Of a DNA stretch of 32,000 bases, positions 23,730 to 32,000 are shown piece by piece. This DNA is from Candidatus Heimdallarchaeota archaeon (GTDB taxonomy: Archaea > Asgardarchaeota > Heimdallarchaeia > Heimdallarchaeales > Heimdallarchaeaceae). The notes below the pieces were generated by a model that had not been told where the DNA came from, did not search any database, and saw nothing but the letters and a program-made list of their open reading frames with translations. A program made the position numbers and the translations under genes. The stretch covers positions 30,001-62,000 of the forward strand of contig DAOVER010000012.1 in assembly GCA_030668875.1 (NCBI GenBank). The letters run 5' to 3'. How positions within the stretch are numbered: the stretch's first letter is position 1; each line of letters opens with the position of its first letter.

Positions 23730-24725
23730 TTGAAATATAGAAAAGTTGGAAAATCTGGTCTTAAAATTAGCGAAATCTCTCTTGGGTCTTGGTTAACATA
23801 TGGGGGTACAGTCGAAGACGAAACAGCCAAGAAGTGTATCGCTGAAGCAATTGAAAATGGAATAAATTTCATTGATTCAGCTGAAATATATGCAAAGGGT
23901 GGAGCGGAAAGAGTTATTGCCGATTTTCTCAAAGACGAGACAGTCAACAGAAAAGATCTAGTAATCTCAAGCAAATTATTCTGGCCAATGTCAGAAGACA
24001 TAAATGATTGGGGATTAGGCAGAAAAAACGTAATGAACGCAATTGAGGGGACATTAGAACGATTAAATACAGATTATGTCGATATCTACTATTGTCACAG
24101 ATATGATTATTTGACTCCATTAAAAGAAACTGTTCAAGTCATGGACGATTTAATTAGAAGTGGCAAGGTACATTATTGGGGCACAAGTGTATGGACAGCT
24201 GCACAGTTAGAAAGAGCCGTTGCAATTGCAAAAGAATTTCATACTCATAAACCAACAGTTGAACAACCACTTTACAATATGTTCGTAAGACACATTGAAA
24301 TGGAAATCATGCCAGTTGCAAAAACTCATGGTATTGGTTTCACAGTATGGTCTCCATTAGCTCAAGGACTTCTAACAGGTAAGTATAATGAAGGAATACC
24401 AGAAGGTAGTAGAGCTTCAAAATCTGAATTTCTTAAGAAAAATCTTACAGATGAAAACATTGCAAAGATTAAGAAACTAGTCGAAATTACTAAATCATTG
24501 GATATTTCTATGAGCCAATTAGCTTTAGCATGGATCTTAAGACGTTCTGAAATATCGTGTGCGATTATTGGTGCAACAAAACCAGAACATGTAACAGAAA
24601 ATGTTAAAGCTTCTGATGTGGTACTTTCAAAGGATATTCTTTTACAAATTGACCAAGTATTAGACAATGAACCTGAATGGCCATTAACTTATAAACCAAA
24701 TTTATATACTGATAAAATGAGGTGA
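23730..24725 (+). CDS. Aldo/keto reductase (Kv-beta/Tas-like subfamily)
   Basis: YRKVGKSGLKISEISLG, IDSAEIY, SKLFW, DIYYCHR and WSPLAQGLLTGKY. TTG start after AGGAG. Confidence 0.95.
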   Translation: MKYRKVGKSGLKISEISLGSWLTYGGTVEDETAKKCIAEAIENGINFIDSAEIYAKGGAERVIADFLKDETVNRKDLVISSKLFWPMSEDINDWGLGRKNVMNAIEGTLERLNTDYVDIYYCHRYDYLTPLKETVQVMDDLIRSGKVHYWGTSVWTAAQLERAVAIAKEFHTHKPTVEQPLYNMFVRHIEMEIMPVAKTHGIGFTVWSPLAQGLLTGKYNEGIPEGSRASKSEFLKKNLTDENIAKIKKLVEITKSLDISMSQLALAWILRRSEISCAIIGATKPEHVTENVKASDVVLSKDILLQIDQVLDNEPEWPLTYKPNLYTDKMR

Positions 24726-24810
24726 AATTTCATTTTTCTCTTTTTCACATAAATTTTAAATAATTCAATGGAATCACTATCCGTAGAAAAACCCTGTTTT
24801 AGTGATATAA

Positions 24811-26148
24811 ATGGTAATGTTAAGCAAGCGTCAAAAGATTTTTTATGGAATATGTAGATTTGGAACTTCAATTTTTATGCAGGCTGTAACATTAGCAACA
24901 ATATATATCTATGCAAATCATTTTGAACTAAGCCAAAATCTAAACGCAATCGGAAATTCGGTTGGAAAAATCGTCATAGCTTTTTCTGGTTTTATTTTTG
25001 GATATATCTCAGATATTCTCCCATCATCAAAGTTTGGAAGAAGAAAGATATTTATCTGGACTGGAGCACCATTATTAGCCATTTCATTTGTTATGTTATT
25101 CCTTCCACACTTATTCATTCCAATCGGTAACAACACTTCAGTATTTGTCTGGCTACTAATTTGGAATTCATTGTTTAATCTCTTCTATGGATATCTATTG
25201 ACTCCGTATCAATCTTGGATGCCAGAAATTACTACTGAAGAGGATAGAGTCAATGTGTCTGGATATCAAAACACTTCAAATCTAATCGCAACTGTAGGGG
25301 GATTGGGTTTTGTATTCTTTATTGCTGGAGGCTTAAGCGAAGAAGGAATATCAAGCTCTTATGGAACAATTCTCCTATTTGCAGTTATCGCTTTTGCAGT
25401 AATTGAAGTTATTATGTTCCTACCGATGCTTCTTACAATTAAAGAAAGACAAGTTGAGAGAAAAGAAAGGAATATTCTTAGAGAGTTCAAAATTGTGTTA
25501 AAAAACAAAAACTATGTAATCTGGTTTATTGCACAAGGGATTTATTCAATTGGACTGACCATTTTACTTTCTTTAACCCTAGATTTGATGGGATTTATGG
25601 GATTTTCAGGTATTCTAGATTTCAGTGTTTTTGGTGTACTTATGTTTGGGATGGTGATAATCAGTTTTGTTTTTTGGACTAGGTTATCCAAGAAAATCGG
25701 GAAAAAATGGTGTCTTATCATTGGTTTTGCTTGTGTTATTGTTGTGTTACCATTTACTCTATTTGTTGCGGAAATACCGTATAATATTGGTGGTTACTTA
25801 TTCGGGTTCCTTCTAGGGATTGGATTATCAGTTTCATATCTATTTCCATATGCAATTATTGGGGATATAGCTGATGCAGATGAAAGGTTAACAAAAGAAT
25901 CACGAGCTGGAATGTATACAGGTTTCAATTCTATTCCTCTTAATATCTTCCAAGCATTAGCATTGCTCATAATTCCACTGATATATGACCCTAATGAACC
26001 ACTTGCTGGTGTAGGATTGCAGTGGCTGGGACCAATAGCTGCAGGATTTATTTTGTTGTCAATTCCTGTACTTTGGTTAGGAAATTTTGATCCTTTCATG
26101 TTGAAGAAAACAAAGAAGAATGAGGTTAAAGAAGAGGAGTTGTTGTAA
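24811..26148 (+). CDS. MFS transporter, GPH/MelB-like (glycoside-pentoside-hexuronide) family
   Basis: About 12 TM segments. GYISD...FGRRK, PYQSWMPEIT...DR, KKIGKK and DIADADE...RAGMY. Confidence 0.9.
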   Translation: MVMLSKRQKIFYGICRFGTSIFMQAVTLATIYIYANHFELSQNLNAIGNSVGKIVIAFSGFIFGYISDILPSSKFGRRKIFIWTGAPLLAISFVMLFLPHLFIPIGNNTSVFVWLLIWNSLFNLFYGYLLTPYQSWMPEITTEEDRVNVSGYQNTSNLIATVGGLGFVFFIAGGLSEEGISSSYGTILLFAVIAFAVIEVIMFLPMLLTIKERQVERKERNILREFKIVLKNKNYVIWFIAQGIYSIGLTILLSLTLDLMGFMGFSGILDFSVFGVLMFGMVIISFVFWTRLSKKIGKKWCLIIGFACVIVVLPFTLFVAEIPYNIGGYLFGFLLGIGLSVSYLFPYAIIGDIADADERLTKESRAGMYTGFNSIPLNIFQALALLIIPLIYDPNEPLAGVGLQWLGPIAAGFILLSIPVLWLGNFDPFMLKKTKKNEVKEEELL

Positions 26149-27014
26149 TGGGACTGCTATTTGGTATAAGACCTTTCGAATTTTCTGATTTTTTTAAATT
26201 ATTCAAGGATGGAAATTTAGATTTATCGCGTTTGAATTATGTTGAAATAGTGAAAAAAAATATTGATGCTGGTTTCAAACACATTGAAATAACAGGAGAT
26301 TTAGCTCATGTTCTACCAGGAATATTAACCCCTGCTATCATAGAAGAATTAGTAAAAATAAAAGAAGAAGAGAACATCTCATTTTCAGTTCATCTTCCTC
26401 TTTGGGCAATTGAACCTGCAGCTTTTGCTCCTGAAATCAGAAAAGCATCAGTTGAGACTTTCGTTAACTGTATCAACCTAACTAAACCCTTAGACCCTAT
26501 TTGCTGGGTAATGCACGCCACTGGTGGTTTAACTGTTGAATTTATGAACATGAACCTTCCAGAATTTGCTCATGCGATAATGATACAACAATTTACAGCA
26601 CATGCAGCAGAGGCTATCAAACGAACTATAGAATTAACAGGAATTGAACCGAAAAAATTGGCAATAGAAAACATAGAATATCCTTTTGATATTATGTATC
26701 CAATCATTCAGCAACTAGACGTTAGTATTTGCTTTGATACGGGTCATTTACTCGCAGGCTTTTCAGGCAATATGAGTGTGATTGAGTTTCTAGAAAGTTA
26801 TTATGACCGAATAATTGAGTTTCATATTCACGATGGAGAGTGTCCACGTATTGATCACAAAACTTTGGGAAAGCATAAATTGCCAGTTCGAGAACTTCTA
26901 CTACGACTGAAAGATAAGAACTATCAAGGACCTTTAGTATTTGAGCTCAGTCATCAAGAATCCTTAGAATCTATGGAATATATTAAGAAAATCGTACCTG
27001 AGGTTCTTGAATGA
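26148..27014 (+). CDS. Sugar phosphate isomerase/epimerase (AP endonuclease 2 / xylose-isomerase-like TIM barrel)
   Basis: SVHLP, LAIENI, CFDTGH, FHIHDG..DH and LVFE metal ligands. TAATG coupling to the MFS gene. Confidence 0.85.
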   Translation: MGLLFGIRPFEFSDFFKLFKDGNLDLSRLNYVEIVKKNIDAGFKHIEITGDLAHVLPGILTPAIIEELVKIKEEENISFSVHLPLWAIEPAAFAPEIRKASVETFVNCINLTKPLDPICWVMHATGGLTVEFMNMNLPEFAHAIMIQQFTAHAAEAIKRTIELTGIEPKKLAIENIEYPFDIMYPIIQQLDVSICFDTGHLLAGFSGNMSVIEFLESYYDRIIEFHIHDGECPRIDHKTLGKHKLPVRELLLRLKDKNYQGPLVFELSHQESLESMEYIKKIVPEVLE

Positions 27015-27151
27015 GTTTATCCGAATAACAATACTTGAAATAGAGGCCATCCTTGTTTCATTTCTTTCTATTGAATTACTTCTCAACAAGTTCAGTTTTT
27101 TATAATTAATTTCTTTCTAGTTTTCAAATGAAGTTTATTCAAAGTAAATCT

Positions 27152-28096
27152 CTATTTCTTCTTTTTTTCCTTTCGTTTTCTTTTTTCCCGCTCTAATCTT
27201 TCTTTCTTATATTTTTTGAGCATTAGTTTATCCAATTGTTTCTCAGTCAAATCAGGTGGTTTCAATAGAGGTTCAGGATGTTCAATGAGTTCCTTAAGCA
27301 AATCAATAGTTGGACCAGTGTAGCTTCCTGGAGCTATTCGATCATCAATACCAACCCTTAGATTCATTACTTTTCGGATTTTAATTTCATCAGTTTCTTC
27401 GTTTATTATTTGAGCTTTGTGAATTTTCCCAATTGTAATTAACAATCCTGTTGTTCCTAGTTCAAAGAGATGATGATAAACTGCTTCTACATCAATTGAA
27501 CCTAAATGAGCTAGAAATGCGGTGGACCACATAGGTATATCTTTTGTAAATGCGTATATTGGAAAATTGCGTTCATCTGTCCAACGCATAAACCAGAAAA
27601 TGAATCTTATGACCCATCTTGGCATTGAACCCCAAAATTTAACATCTTGTTCATTTTTATTTTCGCCGAATCGAGACTCATATAGATGATAGGATACAGT
27701 TTTTTGAACAGTTTCCAGAGTGTCATATGGGTCAAATTCAATCATGGCATTCACTTCCTCCCCGTCTTCAGTTTTCTCTTTCTTAACGACAAAAGAAAGA
27801 ATAATCTGGTTTCTTTGCCATAATCTTCTTCCAGATACGAACCTGTTTATCTTATAACGTTTAGCTGTTGTTCTAACACACGCTGCTAAATAGATTTGAA
27901 AAAGGGTTAATTTGTCTTCTTCAGCCCGACTTATATTATACTCTTCCAAAAATTCGCGAGTATGTGTCAGATCAATTTGAGTTTTGCTAAAGATAGTACT
28001 ATCCAGCTTCTTTCGCATAATGTAAAACTCAAGTTCATGGAATTTATTGGTTTTCACCAATTCTGCATCAGGTCTTCGTGGCATTATAGATTGCAT
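27152..28096 (-). CDS. Stand-alone 2-oxoacid dehydrogenase E2 acyltransferase catalytic-domain-like protein (no lipoyl domain)
   Basis: INRFVSGRRLWQR..I.LSFVVK, FLAHLGSI..EAVYHHLFELGT, IDDRIAPG. The real start may be ATG 28084. Confidence 0.78.
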   Translation of the reverse strand: MQSIMPRRPDAELVKTNKFHELEFYIMRKKLDSTIFSKTQIDLTHTREFLEEYNISRAEEDKLTLFQIYLAACVRTTAKRYKINRFVSGRRLWQRNQIILSFVVKKEKTEDGEEVNAMIEFDPYDTLETVQKTVSYHLYESRFGENKNEQDVKFWGSMPRWVIRFIFWFMRWTDERNFPIYAFTKDIPMWSTAFLAHLGSIDVEAVYHHLFELGTTGLLITIGKIHKAQIINEETDEIKIRKVMNLRVGIDDRIAPGSYTGPTIDLLKELIEHPEPLLKPPDLTEKQLDKLMLKKYKKERLEREKRKRKEKKKK

Positions 28097-28230
28097 CTCC
28101 TAATTAACTTAACTAGAATCAACCAAATTAAGTAACCTATGTGAAAACAGCTTCTATTTAATTATTATCTCAAGAAGATGCACAAAATTGAAAATATACT
28201 TGTTGCACAAGAAGTAGTGATAAATCAAGC

Positions 28231-28866
28231 TTATTCTGGGGATCTTTCCATTAACCAATGTCCGATTTTTGTATCAGGGATGGTTGTTTTACTTAAAACT
28301 TGAAATCCATAATGAAGATAGATATCAACATTAGTTTCGCTTTGAGTTTCCAAAAAGCAATAAACTTTGTCTTGATCTAATCTATTTAACATGGGTCTTA
28401 ACAATTTGCTTGCATACCCTTTTCCTTGAAATTTTGGATCAACGCCTATTGGAGCTAAATAAATATGTGGAAAACTTGCGTGTTTTTTATGTAATGTAGA
28501 AGTGAAAGTTCCTATCTTTGACATTCTTACAATTGCATCTCTTCCAACTTTACAGTACAGCTTAAATCCTCCAGCCCGCATATTCCTCCAATTTGTCATT
28601 TCAATATTTTCTGAATAAACCCAAACTGCTAATCCTTCAAGATTAGATGATGTAGCATAAACTTCTCCATAAAGCAGTCCATAGTTTATCCTAAACTGGA
28701 AGTAGTGGTATAGATTTTGTTCTCTTGTCTCCTCTTCTGGAAACATTAACTTTGCTAAATTATCTTCAAAAAATACTTTCGAAAACAACTCCGCTGCTGA
28801 ATTTAGATGATTTTTTCTTAAACGATACAAATCTTCAATTTTTTTATCCATCATAAAAATTTGCAT
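28231..28866 (-). CDS. GNAT-family N-acetyltransferase
   Basis: YLAPIGVDPKFQGKGYAS...CFLET...N..IY..YGF. Confidence 0.92.
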   Translation of the reverse strand: MQIFMMDKKIEDLYRLRKNHLNSAAELFSKVFFEDNLAKLMFPEEETREQNLYHYFQFRINYGLLYGEVYATSSNLEGLAVWVYSENIEMTNWRNMRAGGFKLYCKVGRDAIVRMSKIGTFTSTLHKKHASFPHIYLAPIGVDPKFQGKGYASKLLRPMLNRLDQDKVYCFLETQSETNVDIYLHYGFQVLSKTTIPDTKIGHWLMERSPE

Positions 28867-28910
28867 TAAGAGTTATATAAAACTATACAAAAGAAGGAAA
28901 GAAGATAAAT

Positions 28911-30155
28911 TTAAAATTTATCTGTATTCTCTTTTGCCCATTCATCTGGATCATATTTTGGGGGCATACATCTCAATGGTTTATCTGCATAGTATCCAAG
29001 AGCATACCTAGCTTGAATGATTTTTTGTATTTCATTGGTTCCTTCGTAGATTGTTGCGCCTCGGACATTGCGATAATATCTGGCTACGGGATAATCATCA
29101 CAGAAACCATAAGCACCATGTATCTGTATTGCTCTATCAGCACAACGAACTGCAGCATTAGTGGCATACCATTTAGCTAGACCTGTTTCTCTTGTATTCA
29201 CTTTGCCTAAGTTTTTAGTCCAACCGGCTTTCCAAGTTAACAATTCAGCTGCTTCAATATCTGAAACACAGTCAGCAATCATTCCTTGAACGAGTTGATG
29301 TTGTCCAATTTTCTTTCCGAATGTTTCACGTTCATTTGCGTATTCAACAGCTGCTTCAAGTGAAGCTTTTGCACCTCCAACTGCACCTCCTGCAACAGTG
29401 TATCTGCCCCAATCAAGCCCAGCCATAGCCACTTTGAATCCCTCATCTGGTAATCCTAGAAGGTTTTCCTTTGGTACACGAGTCTCATTTAAGTGCATCC
29501 AACCAGTTTCGCCTGCTTTTACACCCATCTTGTTTTCAAGATTTCCAGTAGTTATACCACCAAAATCACGTTCAACAATAAAAGCTCTCATGCCTTTATG
29601 ACGAACATCTACTTCGTAGGCGAATACTAGAAAGATATCAGAAGAAACAGTATAACTAATCCACATTTTTTCTCCATTTATTACCCATTCATCACCATCA
29701 AGATAACAAGTTGTCTTAAGTCCAGCAGGATCACTTCCAGCAGAAGCTTCGGTTAAACCAAATGTGCTCATTTTTTCTCCTGCTGTTAATATCGGTAGAT
29801 ATTTTTTCTTCTGCTCCATATCTCCCCATTGCCAAATTGTGGATGAAACGAGTCCATTATGGACACTTAGAATAACTCTAAAAGCAGTATCTATCCGCTC
29901 TAATTCTTCACAAGCAACAGCAAGTGAGATATAATCAAGTCCTCCTCCTCCATATTTTACAGGGATGCTTAATCCCAATATTCCTTGATCAGCCATTTTT
30001 TTAAGAATTGGCTTGTAAAAAGTGTGAGATTGATCCCATTCTTTGATGTTAGGGGCAATCTCTGCTTCAGCAAATTCTCTTACAGATTGTTTGACCATCT
30101 TTTGTGTTTCACTCAATTCAAAATGTGGTCCTATTTCACTAAGTTGTTCGTACAT
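28911..30155 (-). CDS. Acyl-CoA dehydrogenase
   Basis: FGLTEASAGSD, WVINGEKMWIS, R.TFGKKI..HQLVQ, QIHGAYG and IYEGTNEIQ. Confidence 0.96.
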   Translation of the reverse strand: MYEQLSEIGPHFELSETQKMVKQSVREFAEAEIAPNIKEWDQSHTFYKPILKKMADQGILGLSIPVKYGGGGLDYISLAVACEELERIDTAFRVILSVHNGLVSSTIWQWGDMEQKKKYLPILTAGEKMSTFGLTEASAGSDPAGLKTTCYLDGDEWVINGEKMWISYTVSSDIFLVFAYEVDVRHKGMRAFIVERDFGGITTGNLENKMGVKAGETGWMHLNETRVPKENLLGLPDEGFKVAMAGLDWGRYTVAGGAVGGAKASLEAAVEYANERETFGKKIGQHQLVQGMIADCVSDIEAAELLTWKAGWTKNLGKVNTRETGLAKWYATNAAVRCADRAIQIHGAYGFCDDYPVARYYRNVRGATIYEGTNEIQKIIQARYALGYYADKPLRCMPPKYDPDEWAKENTDKF

Positions 30156-30233
30156 AAATAAACACCTAAAGGGTTAGATGAATATTGAACAGATGTTTCA
30201 TAAAATTTTCTACACAGCTATGAGTAACAAAAA

Positions 30234-30659
30234 CTACTGAAATGCATTATCAATTAGTTTTTGGAAAAATTCCTTTGAGATACTCTCTTCTGATGATTTA
30301 ACTAAGTTCCATTTCCCCGATTTCATCGCTTCAATCGCCCCAACTTCTACTAGAGCGCTGATATGATGAGATACTGTAGATTGAGAAAGGTTAAGAATAT
30401 GTTCAATTTCACATGCACATCGAACACCATTCATTATTAACCAAAGGATTAGTATTCTATTTTTATTCCCTAAAGCTTTAAACAATCCGAGAAGTTTCTT
30501 TATAGTTTTATCATTTTGAACACTATTCAGCTTTGTTTCTAGATTTTCCAATTTACTTAATCGTCTTTCTGAATCATCAATGAAAACTCCTTGTTTATAC
30601 AAAGAATCTAATTTTCCTCTCAATTCCTTCTTTGAAGAATTATAATCTACATTTTTCAT
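30234..30659 (-). CDS. arsR: ArsR/SmtB-family repressor with alpha3 CxC site
   Basis: FKALGNKNRILIL...RCACEI...LSQSTVSHH...G...K.GKW. Confidence 0.88.
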   Translation of the reverse strand: MKNVDYNSSKKELRGKLDSLYKQGVFIDDSERRLSKLENLETKLNSVQNDKTIKKLLGLFKALGNKNRILILWLIMNGVRCACEIEHILNLSQSTVSHHISALVEVGAIEAMKSGKWNLVKSSEESISKEFFQKLIDNAFQ

Positions 30660-30743
30660 ATTCTATTAACAGTTATTGCATAATTCCATAAAACTTTCTA
30701 TTGGACTTGGTTAAGAGTAAAGTGTACCAACAATAATTTTTAT

Positions 30744-30763
30744 ATATCGATATTTTTCGATAT
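30744..30763. promoter_or_regulatory. Inverted repeat ATATCGA-N6-TCGATAT, probable ArsR operator overlapping a TATA-like element
   Basis: Perfect 7-6-7 inverted repeat between the divergent arsR and permease genes. It overlaps TTTTTATATAT (30737-30747) and ends 17 nt before the permease ATG. Confidence 0.68.
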
Positions 30764-30780
30764 GAAATGGAGGAAATGAA

Positions 30781-32000
30781 ATGTCTGTGTTCTGGGAAAA
30801 AGTTTTGGAAATGCTCTTAGGTGGAGTATATTCCATGGCAGATTATTTGTCTTTACACGTACTCTTGTGTTTGATACCAGCATTCTTTATAGCTGGGGCA
30901 ATGATAGTTTTCGTTCCGAAGGAAACAATAGTAAAATACATGGGTAAGGACACTAAAAGAATAATAGCATATCCAGTTGCAGCAATATCAGGATTATTAC
31001 TTGCAGTATGTTCATGTACTGTTCTACCTCTTTTTGCAGGTATAAAAAAGAAAGGTGCAGGATTAGGTCCAGCAATGACATTCTTATTTTCTGCTCCAGC
31101 AGTAAATATCCTAGCACTAACTTACACAGGTGCACTAATTGGTATAGATATTGCAATCGCAAGAGCCGTTTTATCATTATGTTTTGCAATACTCATTGGA
31201 TTAATCATGGAATTAATTTTTAAGGATAAATCAAAGGATGAGATTAAAGAAGAATCAGATGAAATTAGCGAAGAAAAATTAGATCTGAAGGAAGAAGCAA
31301 CACCATTAGAAGAGAAAAACAGAATAAATTTCAAAAACACTCTGGATGGTTTTCTTATAGTTTTATTACTTTTAATTGGGATTCTATTGGCTTTTCTGAA
31401 TAAGAACAATCTTCAATCAATAGGCATAACTAACCCCCAATTAGTTCAAACAATAATCTGGGGGATAGGATTAGCATTGTTAGTGGTATTATTCTTTGTT
31501 ATCAAAAATACAAAGATTAACCTATTTCTGGGGCTTCTTTATCTTCTCTTTACTGGTACATCACAGATAAGCTACTTTTCAATTGGTGGTTTATATCTAC
31601 TTTTCACAGGATCAGTACAGATAAGCAACGTATATCCAAGTGGATTAAACATTGAACCGGAAATTTCTCGTTCATTTGAATATATCACCTCTGAAGTATT
31701 TAAAGTAGATTTAATGAATATGGGGATAAAGACAGCGCTTTCGATTATTGTGATAATTGCAATAATAATTTATATAATCAAGAGAATTGAAAAGGCAGAT
31801 ACCAAGGAATGGATGAATGAAACCTGGACTTTCGTTAAGCAAATATTTCCTTACTTAATCATCGGTGTTTTTCTAGCAGGTTTCTTAGCAGTCTTGATAC
31901 CGGCTGATTTTATTCAAGGATTAGTTGGTAAAAATACTGTTGTTGCAAATTTGATAGGCGTTCTTTTCGGAGTTGTGGCCTATTTCCCAACACTTATGGA
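30781..32000 (+). CDS. ArsP/DUF318-family permease, runs off the right edge
   Basis: Translated by hand: MSVFWEK...HVLLCLIPAFFIAGA...LLAVCSCTVLPLFAGIKKKGAGLGPAMTFLFSAPAVN...W..ETWTFVKQIFP...YFPTLM. The frame is open to 32000 and there is a GGAGG SD. Not in the ORF track. Confidence 0.92.
   Translation, partial: MSVFWEKVLEMLLGGVYSMADYLSLHVLLCLIPAFFIAGAMIVFVPKETIVKYMGKDTKRIIAYPVAAISGLLLAVCSCTVLPLFAGIKKKGAGLGPAMTFLFSAPAVNILALTYTGALIGIDIAIARAVLSLCFAILIGLIMELIFKDKSKDEIKEESDEISEEKLDLKEEATPLEEKNRINFKNTLDGFLIVLLLLIGILLAFLNKNNLQSIGITNPQLVQTIIWGIGLALLVVLFFVIKNTKINLFLGLLYLLFTGTSQISYFSIGGLYLLFTGSVQISNVYPSGLNIEPEISRSFEYITSEVFKVDLMNMGIKTALSIIVIIAIIIYIIKRIEKADTKEWMNETWTFVKQIFPYLIIGVFLAGFLAVLIPADFIQGLVGKNTVVANLIGVLFGVVAYFPTLM

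Noticed and set aside
23730-24725. Kv-beta-like AKR as a eukaryotic signature protein
   Set aside because: Very similar AKRs are widespread in bacteria and no channel gene is adjacent.
30178-30201. ATGAA...TTCAT / TGAACA-GA-TGTTTCA upstream of the acyl-CoA dehydrogenase as an operator
   Set aside because: The symmetry is imperfect in an AT-rich context and there is no second copy or cognate regulator to support it.
829-31409. Other short antisense or alternate-frame ORFs in the track (e.g. 1237-1977, 3918-4400, 10702-10926, 18272-18586, 20595-20861, 22572-22823, 30953-31409)
   Set aside because: All lie largely or wholly within well-supported genes and show the Ser/Phe/Ile-rich composition of antisense shadows, with no motifs.

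Overview
Archaeal chromosomal window. It is AT-rich (roughly low-30s % GC by eye, not computed), gene-dense, and uses GGTG/GGAG Shine-Dalgarno motifs, oligo-T terminators and several TTG/GTG starts. The gene set points to an Asgard archaeon, probably Heimdallarchaeia-like (inference): a Rag/Gtr-like GTPase with a roadblock-like C-terminus, a longin-domain protein, an OST48/Wbp1-like glycoprotein and a full-length eukaryote-type RPB5. There are about 32 CDS, two of them cut by the window edges and missing from the ORF track: a DAGK-family lipid kinase at 1-621 (-) and an ArsP-like permease from 30781 (+). There is also one tRNA-Thr(CGU) with a 12-nt BHB intron. No mobile element or CRISPR array is evident. 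Strongest leads: (1) a gene trio of class II aldolase, a class I bisphosphatase with SBPase-type signatures, and the bifunctional FBP aldolase/phosphatase, suggesting a sedoheptulose-bisphosphate route; (2) Rpo5 carrying the eukaryotic RPB5 jaw domain plus a histone-H1-like (KATPDKKA)n tail; (3) an OST48/Wbp1-like protein with an extra DOMON-like domain; (4) a DUS-like flavoprotein gene between cofD and cofC, a candidate for the missing reductive step of archaeal F420 synthesis; (5) Rag-like and longin-wHTH genes near each other; (6) BpsA-, PlsY- and E2-like enzymes with substituted catalytic residues; (7) a split arvAB/arvC (oapABC) locus. All family assignments come from motif recognition and remembered reference sequences. 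No database search was run.
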